This document shows, piece after piece, positions 24,815 to 33,353 of a stretch of 38,962 nt of DNA. Each line of letters starts with the position of its first letter. Position 1 is the stretch's first letter. The position numbers were made by a program, and so were the translations under genes. The notes under the pieces are model-generated. The model had not been told where the DNA came from, ran no database searches, and was given only the letters and a program-made list of their open reading frames with translations. Origin of the DNA: an uncultured Bdellovibrionales bacterium (GTDB taxonomy: Bacteria > Patescibacteriota > Minisyncoccia > Moranbacterales > GWC2-37-73); NCBI GenBank assembly GCA_964485555.1, contig CAZAJN010000033.1, positions 1 to 38,962 of the forward strand, given 5' to 3'.

Positions 24815-25177
24815 TTAAAATCTTGCATTCTCATCCAGCACTACTTTTTTCTTCAAAGACATTGCGCCTCTTTTCTTCAGAGTTCTCAAGCGGTCTTTCA
24901 TGTGCGTGATCTGCTCTTGAAGCTCATCCACCACCATATCAATTGAGGCCTCAATGCTGTCAGTGGTGTTGTCTGCGCGGAACATGTTGCGCGGAGTGTG
25001 AGCCATGACTTCCACTCTGAATTTTCCTTTTTTGTCCAAATCAATTTCAACTTCGGATTTGATGATATTGTCGACAAACTTATCCAAGGTGCTAATTCTT
25101 TTTTCAATATATTCTCTGGTCTTCTCATCCACCTCGACCCCCTTGAAAAAAAATCTGATGTTTTCAATCGTGCTCAT
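24815..25177 (-). CDS. hpf: ribosome hibernation promoting factor / RaiA family (short form)
   Basis: MSTIENIRFFFKGVEVDEKTREYIEKRISTLDKF…FRVEVMAHTP…ADNTTDSIEASIDMVVDELQEQI pattern. I trimmed the start from 25210 to M12 (25177) because the extension would cover the palindrome at 25210-25225. Confidence 0.8.
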   Translation of the reverse strand: MSTIENIRFFFKGVEVDEKTREYIEKRISTLDKFVDNIIKSEVEIDLDKKGKFRVEVMAHTPRNMFRADNTTDSIEASIDMVVDELQEQITHMKDRLRTLKKRGAMSLKKKVVLDENARF

Positions 25178-25209
25178 AATGTTTTTAACCGATACGAACC
25201 TACGAATCA

Positions 25210-25225
25210 TCCGCCAACTGGCGGA
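25210..25225. repeat. 16-nt palindrome TCCGCCAACTGGCGGA (family copy 3)
   Basis: Flanked by CGAACCTACGAA (25195-25206) and CGAATCTACGAA (25227-25238). Confidence 0.85.
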
Positions 25226-25286
25226 GCGAATCTACGAAAATTTATTCGTTGATTCGAATTTACATTAGTAGTTTCGAATCGGATTG

Positions 25287-26216
25287 TTAAAATCCTAGAT
25301 AATTTACTTCTTCCTGCAATTGCACTCCGAATTGGTCGCGCACTTGCTGCTTGACATAGCTTACCAGCATCATGATTTCATCAGCAGTCGCATCCTCAGC
25401 ATTAATGATGTAGTTGGAATGTTTCTCACACACAGCTGCTCCTCCGATTTTTTTCCCCCTAAGTCCAGCTTGCTCTATCACCCACCCGGCTGGCAATTTA
25501 CTGTTTCTTGCCTGTTCACCTTTTTCTTTTTCAAAATCTTCCTTAAGTTTTTGATCTTCCACGATTGGGTTCATGAAAAATGATCCAGCACTTTTATATC
25601 CACCAAGTCCCATCCCCACACGTTTGGCAATCGTCGCACTTGTTTTGCCTTGAGTCTCTTTGTCGTCAGCGGTTTCAAGTTCCAGTTTGGTTGAGATGAC
25701 AATCAAATTTGGGTTTTTCTTGAAGATGCTTGAACGATATGAGAAATTGCAATCTTCATTGGCAAAAACGATTTCCTGATTCTTTTCCAGATCGTACGCG
25801 GTCACCATCTTGATGACTTGGCATATTTCAGCGCCATAAGCTCCGGCATTGCCACGCACAGCACCGCCAACAGTGCCGGGAATTCCAGCCATGAGCTCGA
25901 GCCCAGACAAGCCAGCTTGCGCGGCCATGTTTATGATTTTTATCAAAGGCACGCCAGCTTCTATTTCAAGCACGTTGTCATTGACGCAAGCAGAATTCAT
26001 CTTGACCTTAATGATCAAGCCGTCAAAACCCTTGTCACTCACCAAAAGATTTGTTCCTCCGCCAAGCACATACAAACCCAATTTCTTGTCTTTGGCAAAA
26101 TTCACAGCTTCTTTCAATTCTTCCAATGATTTTATTTCCACAAAGAACTTTGCATTTCCTCCAACTCTGAAAGATGTCATCGGCGCTAATGGAATATTTT
26201 TCTGTACGTTAATCAT
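25287..26216 (-). CDS. murB: UDP-N-acetylenolpyruvoylglucosamine reductase
   Basis: PLAPMTSFRVGGNAKFF, LGGGTNLLVSD, GIPGTVGGAVRGNAGAYG. Confidence 0.92.
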   Translation of the reverse strand: MINVQKNIPLAPMTSFRVGGNAKFFVEIKSLEELKEAVNFAKDKKLGLYVLGGGTNLLVSDKGFDGLIIKVKMNSACVNDNVLEIEAGVPLIKIINMAAQAGLSGLELMAGIPGTVGGAVRGNAGAYGAEICQVIKMVTAYDLEKNQEIVFANEDCNFSYRSSIFKKNPNLIVISTKLELETADDKETQGKTSATIAKRVGMGLGGYKSAGSFFMNPIVEDQKLKEDFEKEKGEQARNSKLPAGWVIEQAGLRGKKIGGAAVCEKHSNYIINAEDATADEIMMLVSYVKQQVRDQFGVQLQEEVNYLGF

Positions 26217-26269
26217 GATTTCTGCTTTGAATGATTATATGAACCGTCAGCAAATTTTTTACATATTTG

Positions 26270-26285
26270 TCCACCAACTGGCGGA
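26270..26285. repeat. 16-nt palindrome family copy 4 (TCCACCAACTGGCGGA, one substitution)
   Basis: Lies between the ATPase stop and the murB start. Here the flanks are inverted (ACATAT…ATATGT) rather than direct. Confidence 0.7.
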
Positions 26286-26291
26286 TATGTA

Positions 26292-29018
26292 TTATTTTGT
26301 AATTCTGTAAGACTCAGCTTTGCGCCCTTCTTCAAAAACAAACACTGCCAGAGTCACCACAGCCACAGCCATCCAGTCGCGTCCAGTTATCGGCATCATG
26401 CGAAGATAATTTTGCAAAAGCGGGACATACATGAATGATAGCAAAATTGAGGTGGAGATTGCAATGGCTCCAATTGCATATCTGTTTTTAAAAAATCCAA
26501 GGGTGAAAACCGAAAGAGTTTCACTACGCGCCGAAAGCAAATTGGCCATCTGCGACATTGCAAGAACTGCATATGTTGCGCTCGTTGATCTTATATATAA
26601 TACGCTGTTGGTGTCGATTTTATTGCCGAAATCCCAGCCACCTCTTTTCATGGACAGAATGAATGCTATCACTGCGCCGATGGCCATGATGAGCCCCACC
26701 CTGACAAGTCTCCAAATGCTTGCGCTGTCTATGATTTTTTCCTTTGAACTGAAAGGCTTGCGCTTCATGACGCCAGGTTCTGATTTTTCCATGCTAAGAG
26801 AAAAAGATGGCAAAAGATCTGTTCCCAAATCAATCGCCAAAATCTGCACAGCCGCAATAGGCGCCGGAATTTGCAAAAGAAGCCCGATTGCAACCGTAAA
26901 AAATTCGCTGACGTTGGAAGTGAAAACATAGTAAACAAATTTTTTCAAATTTTGATAGATAGTTCTTCCCTGCTTGATAACTTTCACAATGGAAGCGAAA
27001 TTATCATCCAGCAAAATAAGATCGGAAGCTTCCTTGGAAACATCTGTCCCGGTTATTCCCATCGCGATTCCAATGTCAGCTTTTTTGAGAGCCGGCGCAT
27101 CATTGACCCCGTCTCCTGTCATGGCGATCACTGCTCCATTGTTTTTTAGTGCGGTCGCAATGCGAAGTTTTTGCTCCGGTTCAATTCGGGCAAAAACGAT
27201 TTCCTTTTCAAAGATCTTTGAGATAAGTTCCTCGTCAGTCAATTTGTTGAGCATTTTTCCGTTGATAATTTCAGCATTAGGATGGCGCAAAAGACCGACA
27301 TTTCTTGCGATAGCCTCGGCAGTAATTTCATAATCGCCGGTGATCATGATGACTTTTATCCCCGAAAGATTGCATTCCTCAACTGCCCCCTTCACATCGG
27401 CTCTTGGCGGATCTATCATGCCCATCATGCCAACCCAGACCAAATCCTTCTCTGATTGTCCGCCATATTGTGATTTTTCAATTCCATCCAAACTCCTTTC
27501 CGCAAAAGCCAGCACCCTGAGCGCTTGCTTGCTCATGGCATCATAGCTGTTTTTAACTTTCAATTTTTCCTCCTCACTGAAAGCAACAATTTCATCGCCG
27601 TTTCGCTTATGCGTGCAAAGATCAATCATAACATCAGGCGAACCCTTCACAAAAGAAGCTACACTGCCATCAAGAGCTCGATAGACAACGCTCATGCGCA
27701 TTCTTTCAGAAGAAAAAGGATTTTCATCAATTTTTTCCAAGCCATTTCGAAAAAAATTCAAATCTTGATCATATTTTCTAGCAGCAACCAAAAGAGCAAC
27801 TTCCGTCGGATCTCCACTGATGGAAATTTTTCCGTCCTTTTCGCCAAGACCACTGTCGTTGCAAAGTGCTCCAATTTGCAAGATCATCTTGAGTTGCGCA
27901 AAACTTTTTGGATCCACCTTCCTGCCGAAGTTGTAGAAAGATCCTTCCTTAGCATAACCTTGTCCATCCACTGTGAATTCATCTTCTCCCGCAATAATGT
28001 TGGTCACCATAAGTTCGTTGCGCGTGATGGTTCCAGTCTTGTCAGTACAGATGATGCTCACCGAGGCCAAGGTCTCAACGGCATTAAGTTTTTTCGCCAG
28101 CACATTATTCTTTAGCAATTTTTTCATGCCCAATGAAAGCGCCACTGAGATTGCAGCCGGAAGACCTTCCGGAACTACTGAAACAGACAGAGCAAGGGCG
28201 AACAAGAAATTCTCATACCAAGATATGTGATAATAATAGCCGGCCACCATAACCAATCCGCCGATAAACACAGCCAAAATGGAGACATCACGTCCCAACA
28301 CTCTCATCTGTTTTTGCAGTGGCGTCTCTTCCTCTTTGACTTCATTTACTAAATTTGCAATGTGCCCCAACTGAGTGCTTGTCCCTGTCTCACTGACCAT
28401 CGCAACAGCGCTTCCTCGCGTAAGTGAGCTGCCCATGAAAATCATGTTATCGATATCAGCCAGCACTGTATTTTCTTCATTGATGATCTGAGTATTTTTT
28501 TTGCCTGGCTTGGACTCACCCGTAAAAATGAACTCGTTGACATAGACGTCGTAACTTTCAATCAAATATGCGTCAGCCGCCACACTGTCGCCCGATGAAA
28601 GCACTATCACATCACCGGGAACCAGCAAGGTTGAATCGATTTCAACTCGCTGACCATCGCGCAAAACGACAGCCTTGTCACTGGCAAGTTTCCTGATATT
28701 TTCCAAAGTTCTCTCAGCCTTATATTCTTGAAAAAAACCGATCGAGGCGTTAATAGTGATGATCAACAAAATTATGGTGGTGTCGCGATACTCGCCGAAA
28801 GCAAATGCCAGCGTGCCTGCTACCAACAATATCCAAACCAACGCATCATTAAACTGCCCAAGCAAAATTGAAAACCAGCTCCAGGATTGTTTCTTGGCCA
28901 CTGCATTTTTTCCATATTGCTTAAGTCTTTTTTCAGCTTCTGCAGTTGTCAGCCCTCCCTCATCTGCAGAAAATTTTTCAAACAGCTCCTTCTTGGTCAA
29001 ATTGTATGTTTGTTTCAT
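26292..29018 (-). CDS. cation-transporting P-type ATPase (type II, Ca2+/Mg2+-like)
   Basis: CTDKTGTITRN phosphorylation site, VPEGLPA, MITGDY, TGDGVNDAPALKKADIG. I prefer M20 (29018, MKQTYNLTKKELFEKF…) because the ORF-track start at 29075 overlaps the upstream gene. Confidence 0.9.
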   Translation of the reverse strand: MKQTYNLTKKELFEKFSADEGGLTTAEAEKRLKQYGKNAVAKKQSWSWFSILLGQFNDALVWILLVAGTLAFAFGEYRDTTIILLIITINASIGFFQEYKAERTLENIRKLASDKAVVLRDGQRVEIDSTLLVPGDVIVLSSGDSVAADAYLIESYDVYVNEFIFTGESKPGKKNTQIINEENTVLADIDNMIFMGSSLTRGSAVAMVSETGTSTQLGHIANLVNEVKEEETPLQKQMRVLGRDVSILAVFIGGLVMVAGYYYHISWYENFLFALALSVSVVPEGLPAAISVALSLGMKKLLKNNVLAKKLNAVETLASVSIICTDKTGTITRNELMVTNIIAGEDEFTVDGQGYAKEGSFYNFGRKVDPKSFAQLKMILQIGALCNDSGLGEKDGKISISGDPTEVALLVAARKYDQDLNFFRNGLEKIDENPFSSERMRMSVVYRALDGSVASFVKGSPDVMIDLCTHKRNGDEIVAFSEEEKLKVKNSYDAMSKQALRVLAFAERSLDGIEKSQYGGQSEKDLVWVGMMGMIDPPRADVKGAVEECNLSGIKVIMITGDYEITAEAIARNVGLLRHPNAEIINGKMLNKLTDEELISKIFEKEIVFARIEPEQKLRIATALKNNGAVIAMTGDGVNDAPALKKADIGIAMGITGTDVSKEASDLILLDDNFASIVKVIKQGRTIYQNLKKFVYYVFTSNVSEFFTVAIGLLLQIPAPIAAVQILAIDLGTDLLPSFSLSMEKSEPGVMKRKPFSSKEKIIDSASIWRLVRVGLIMAIGAVIAFILSMKRGGWDFGNKIDTNSVLYIRSTSATYAVLAMSQMANLLSARSETLSVFTLGFFKNRYAIGAIAISTSILLSFMYVPLLQNYLRMMPITGRDWMAVAVVTLAVFVFEEGRKAESYRITK

Positions 29019-29034
29019 TTTTTTATCGAATTTT

Positions 29035-31062
29035 TTATATAATGCCCAATAATGATTTAAGAGATATGATGTCATATCTAATATCGCCTTTTTTTATGGT
29101 AGAAAATTCTCCAACCATGAAATCATTCCCTCTTTCAAACGCCACTTCTTTCGTTTCTGAATTCTTCAACAAATCAATCATATATTCGAGCAAATGTTCA
29201 TCCCTTTCCAATTCTGCAATTTCAAATTCAGAGTATCCAATTTCGGATTTATTATTCTTTAAGATTTCAAACAGACTCGCACTGCTCATATTTGACCTGT
29301 CTGATTTGAAAACTACATCCAAAAAAGAACTAAACTTTTTGATATTCTCTTTTATTTTGCCGTTCTTTTTCCTGATCTTGCGATCTCTAATTTTCTTGAA
29401 CTCGTCAATCAAGGCAGGGTTTCTTTGCAAAGTTATTTCAATCAATTTCTCAGAGGCATTTTCAATCTTTAACTGCGGAAATATTTTTTCAACTCTTTCA
29501 CCAACTCTTTTTCCAATTTCAAGAAGTTGTTCATCCTCTTCCAATTCACTAATATTTGCCGCTGACTGTAAAAATTCAAGAACGATTTTTCTTTCGTCTT
29601 CATCAAGCAATGATTCTCCTTCAATAGAAATGATTTCGTCCAATATTTGCATATCGACAAATTCGCCCTCAATAATCTTAATGATTCGACTATTTATCTT
29701 AGCCATCAACTCCCTACGAAAGGGATCTGCAACAAAAGTGTCGCTTTTATTCATTATAGCTTCTGCAAATTTTATTTTTTGTTGTCCGTGGCCACAATCC
29801 ACATCAGTCCTGGCTGAATATCTGTCCGCAGTTATGACTGAAACATCTTCAGTTCTTTCAGTTTTTCCAATCTTAGCAAGACGAAATCCAAATTCAGGAT
29901 CTTCGCCACCTTTTTTTTCAGGGACACCGCCAACAATAGCTGACTCATACGCCCTACTGAGCATATTTGCTCCTGAGAAATGCACCCTTTCAGTCTCGAT
30001 AAATTCACCGACTTCATCTTTGCAATTCCTGGCAAAAAGATTATCCGTCACTAGCCAATACAAATATTCCAATTCGGCGAAATATCCAGCCTGAACCATG
30101 ATAGGATCATATTTTTCCATCTGCTCAAATTGCAATTTGCCAGCTGCACCAACCAATTCCGGCTTTTCACTGAATAGTTTCAATATATTATAAATGTATT
30201 TTTCATCAACCTTCGTGTCCGCATCTGTTTGAGCGATTATTCCATTTTCCTTTTTCTGTTCGTAAAAACGTGCCACAGCTTCAGCGACACCCCTATTTCT
30301 AGCAGAACCAACGTTGGATATTGCCATTGTTTCTCCTTCGCTTGCCTTATCAATAATATGAATTTTTATTTTTGATTCTTTGATCAAACCGATTGTTTTC
30401 ATCTCATCTTCCGTGCATCCAATTTCCTTTTCTTCTCCATTTATAAATTCAAGAATATTCATCACTTGCTTGTTTTCAACAAGCGATTTTTTGTACTGCT
30501 CCAAAGTCCTGGAATAGTCAACATCACTTTCTTTTTTACTTCTCAAAGGTTCCTCGCCTGGATTATTCAAAACAAAAATCACTTCAAAATCTTCCGGTTT
30601 TACATCTTTTTGTTTTGCCAAAGATTCCAATGGACGAAAAACATAATCTCTCTCGCCATAAACGGGAATTACCACAATCACCTTGCATGCTTTATCCAAG
30701 AGTGTTTCGATTCTTTTTTCCGTATCAGGCAAATTCTTCATCAAGTACTCGATTATTTTCTTTTCATTCAAAAGTTCGTCAAATTTCTCATTGACTCGCT
30801 CAGCCAACTCAATTGACTCATGTTCCATTTTTTCGAAAATTAGTTTTCTTGTCTGTTCACCAATTTCATATCCCGCATCCCTCATTTCGTCCAATCTTTT
30901 TTCAATATCCGAGTTTCTTTTTTGTTCTAACTCTGAATTATCAGCGTTTTTATCACCACTAAAAGAAGCCAGATTCATGTTGATAACTGTAAGTCTGTTT
31001 ATTCTTTCCTGTTGAATGTTTTCGATTTTTGTTTTTTCTTGGTTTTCGATTCTTGATTCCAT
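29035..31062 (-). CDS. large soluble GT2-family (GT-A) glycosyltransferase with coiled-coil N-terminus and ~240-aa helical C-terminal extension
   Basis: VVIPVYGERDYVFRPLESLAKQ, IIAQTDADTKVD (DxD), FSGANML…GGEDPEFGFRL. No TM segment. The ORF-track start at 31074 is a TTG; I prefer the ATG at 31062. Confidence 0.7.
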   Translation of the reverse strand: MESRIENQEKTKIENIQQERINRLTVINMNLASFSGDKNADNSELEQKRNSDIEKRLDEMRDAGYEIGEQTRKLIFEKMEHESIELAERVNEKFDELLNEKKIIEYLMKNLPDTEKRIETLLDKACKVIVVIPVYGERDYVFRPLESLAKQKDVKPEDFEVIFVLNNPGEEPLRSKKESDVDYSRTLEQYKKSLVENKQVMNILEFINGEEKEIGCTEDEMKTIGLIKESKIKIHIIDKASEGETMAISNVGSARNRGVAEAVARFYEQKKENGIIAQTDADTKVDEKYIYNILKLFSEKPELVGAAGKLQFEQMEKYDPIMVQAGYFAELEYLYWLVTDNLFARNCKDEVGEFIETERVHFSGANMLSRAYESAIVGGVPEKKGGEDPEFGFRLAKIGKTERTEDVSVITADRYSARTDVDCGHGQQKIKFAEAIMNKSDTFVADPFRRELMAKINSRIIKIIEGEFVDMQILDEIISIEGESLLDEDERKIVLEFLQSAANISELEEDEQLLEIGKRVGERVEKIFPQLKIENASEKLIEITLQRNPALIDEFKKIRDRKIRKKNGKIKENIKKFSSFLDVVFKSDRSNMSSASLFEILKNNKSEIGYSEFEIAELERDEHLLEYMIDLLKNSETKEVAFERGNDFMVGEFSTIKKGDIRYDIISLKSLLGII

Positions 31063-31125
31063 GGATATATACAAACATGAATTACAATACTATTAATTAT
31101 ACCTTAATTTTGCTTGATTTTATAC

Positions 31126-31154
31126 TTGACATTTAGGTGAAATAGGAGTATAAT
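31126..31154 (+). promoter_or_regulatory. consensus sigma70 promoter of the + strand small-protein operon
   Basis: TTGACA (31126-31131), N17, TATAAT (31149-31154), checked base by base. Confidence 0.6.
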
Positions 31155-31209
31155 ATACTGTTAGGATAAAAATTGCAGTTATTTCAAAAAAGACCCAAGG
31201 GAGGGCTTT

Positions 31210-31389
31210 ATGGACAGAATTATTGACGCATTCATGGCATGGGCTGGACGGTTTTTGGCTCTTTCTGATCTCATATTGACACCTAATTCAATACGTACTA
31301 ATATATACTATCAGAGATCAGGTAGTTCCTTAAGTCGGCGAGACGTTAAAACGCAAAAGGAGGTTGCCAATGAAAACAATAACGGCTAG
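31210..31389 (+). CDS. possible small protein (59 aa; below the ORF-track cutoff)
   Basis: My translation: MDRIIDAFMAWAGRFLALSDLILTPNSIRTNIYYQRSGSSLSRRDVKTQKEVANENNNG. SD GGGAGGG (31199-31205) lies 4 nt before the ATG. It overlaps the next ORF by 20 nt. Confidence 0.3.
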   Translation: MDRIIDAFMAWAGRFLALSDLILTPNSIRTNIYYQRSGSSLSRRDVKTQKEVANENNNG

Positions 31390-31621
31390 TATAACTTTTC
31401 AGTATTCACTTCGTGCAAAAATTGAATTACTGATAATGTATGTGTTTTTCTTTTTCGCTTGTTTCATGTGTCTTGCAGGAATATGTGAAGGCGTCATTCC
31501 ATATGAGATTCTTGCGATGCTAGCAATGGTCATGACGCTTTCTTTCCTGCTCTACGTTCAAATTCAGAACAGAAGGTTCTGTGAGCGAATGAGCAGAGTG
31601 AAGGTTGTGTCGATCGACTGA
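31370..31621 (+). CDS. small two-TM membrane protein (83 aa)
   Basis: AAGGAGG (31357-31363), 6 nt, then ATG. There are two hydrophobic stretches (LLIMYVFFFFACFMCLAGI; ILAMLAMVMTLSFLLYV) and a basic C-terminus. The ORF-track TTG start at 31364 is less likely. Confidence 0.55.
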   Translation: MKTITASITFQYSLRAKIELLIMYVFFFFACFMCLAGICEGVIPYEILAMLAMVMTLSFLLYVQIQNRRFCERMSRVKVVSID

Positions 31622-31638
31622 CAAACTACTTGCTCCAC

Positions 31639-31675
31639 AAGCCGCTACTCGTCTTATCGGGTACGGCTTTTTTTT
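31639..31675 (+). terminator. intrinsic terminator of the small-protein operon
   Basis: AAGCCGCTAC…GTACGGCTT stem followed by a T8 run. Confidence 0.6.
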
Positions 31676-31813
31676 GAGAAAAAATTATTATTGAATTGTT
31701 TTTTATATTTAGATAATGCAAATTTTTGATAAAATCAACGATAATCAAATGTTCTGCAAACAAATACAAATGGTTAATACGCTACCAATTGTATCTGCAT
31801 TATAGCAATGATT

Positions 31814-33340
31814 TTATCTTTGAAATTTGTACACTAAGATATTTTTGTATTGATCAACTAAGACCAAATTTTGAGTTGAAAAGTATTGATTGTCACGGGT
31901 GAGGGGCTTATTGGAAATGACAAGTGCCCTTGGATTGTTCTTGAGATCATCGAAGTTTTCACTGCGTTTGAGACCTTTTCCGATTGCCGCCCAGAAATCA
32001 GGATTGTATCCTGGCCAATCATAATTATACAAGGTCAATTTTTCATCGCCCAGATAATATTTGGCGATGACATAGTCGAAAGAATTCAAAATATAAAAAT
32101 CATTATTCTTATATCTATCAAGATGCAAAATCATTTCATTATAACCTTTGGAATTTGCCAGCGGAATTATCATGGAAATCAACAGCAAATATGAAGCGAA
32201 AATTCCTGCCACAATTTGCCACCTCAATCGTGAAAGCCAAAATCCCACAAAAATAAAAAAGAAGAAAGCTCCCGGCAAGATGTAGCGAGCAACAAAATAT
32301 TGCTGATCTGCCATGGTGACTGAAAGGAAATAGATGACAAGCATGAATCCTAGTGAAAACAATAATGCTATGGACATTTGTTTTCTAGCCTTCCTGCTCC
32401 ACAGTTGCCAAACAATGACAGCCAAGCCCATCGCCAATGCCATCCGGATTGAATCATGGGCGATGCCGGAAAGTTCATTGGGTTGTGGCATTCCGGAAGA
32501 CAACTCGCCAAGAGGAGTTCCAAAAAGAAACATCTGGATCATCGTGGCAAAATCCCCCAATGTGGCAGGCTTCACCCAACTCAAATTCTCGCCCTTAATC
32601 GAAAGATGATATAGGAAATTTTTAAGCCAAGGCAGAAAAACAATCAGTCCAAAAATGTACCCAGCAATCAGATTTTTGATTGGCAAGCATTTTTGAAAAA
32701 TAAGTGAAAATTTCTGTTTCAGTTTTTTTCCATCAAAAGATCCGTTGTCTGACAAATTCCATATGACAAATGCCGGATAATATAGCGCTGAAAAAATTAT
32801 GCCTATATAGTGCGTCAACATTGAAAATCCTGTGAAAATCCCCCACCAAACAAAATATTTGTGTTGATTTGTTTTCAGCCCTTTCACAAAAAAATATGAA
32901 GCAATCAGAATGCAAAAAACCAGCATCGCATACATGCGCGCTTCTTGCGAGTATTGGATAGCTAAAGGAGAAATTGCCCCAATCAATGCCGCATAGCGCC
33001 CGACCCTTGCATCAAACAATTCTTTTGCCAACATATACAGCGCCCAAATGGAAGCTAGACCGAAAATTGCAGAAAAAAGTCTAAGTCCATAGACACTATA
33101 ATCAAAGAAAAAAGAAAAACCTTTGAGAAAAATATAGTACAGCGGTGGGTGGACATCATTGATGATCATTTCAATCATGCTTCCGAAATTCTCCTTGACT
33201 GTCACACCCGTGAAAGCTTCATCATACCAAAGATCCCTTCTGACTAATCCTTTGAATCTCAAGACCGACGCCAAAACCAAAATCGCCCAAATTCCATGGC
33301 GACTCCAATTTAATCTTATCTTTTCAAAATAATTCCTCAT
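31814..33340 (-). CDS. GT-C fold membrane glycosyltransferase (GT39 / ArnT-PMT_2 type)
   Basis: Polytopic, 508 aa. The acidic first-loop motif RRDLWYDEAFTG is typical of polyprenyl-phosphate-sugar dependent GT-C enzymes. Confidence 0.8.
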   Translation of the reverse strand: MRNYFEKIRLNWSRHGIWAILVLASVLRFKGLVRRDLWYDEAFTGVTVKENFGSMIEMIINDVHPPLYYIFLKGFSFFFDYSVYGLRLFSAIFGLASIWALYMLAKELFDARVGRYAALIGAISPLAIQYSQEARMYAMLVFCILIASYFFVKGLKTNQHKYFVWWGIFTGFSMLTHYIGIIFSALYYPAFVIWNLSDNGSFDGKKLKQKFSLIFQKCLPIKNLIAGYIFGLIVFLPWLKNFLYHLSIKGENLSWVKPATLGDFATMIQMFLFGTPLGELSSGMPQPNELSGIAHDSIRMALAMGLAVIVWQLWSRKARKQMSIALLFSLGFMLVIYFLSVTMADQQYFVARYILPGAFFFFIFVGFWLSRLRWQIVAGIFASYLLLISMIIPLANSKGYNEMILHLDRYKNNDFYILNSFDYVIAKYYLGDEKLTLYNYDWPGYNPDFWAAIGKGLKRSENFDDLKNNPRALVISNKPLTRDNQYFSTQNLVLVDQYKNILVYKFQR

Positions 33341-33353
33341 TATTATTCACTGG

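Noticed and set aside
25186-25205. tRNA-like T-arm sequence (minus strand GGTTCGTATCGG) near the hpf start.
   Set aside because: No acceptor stem, anticodon arm or D-arm can be drawn around it. It belongs to the CGAAYC repeat flanking the 16-nt palindrome. I found no tRNA or rRNA genes anywhere in the window.
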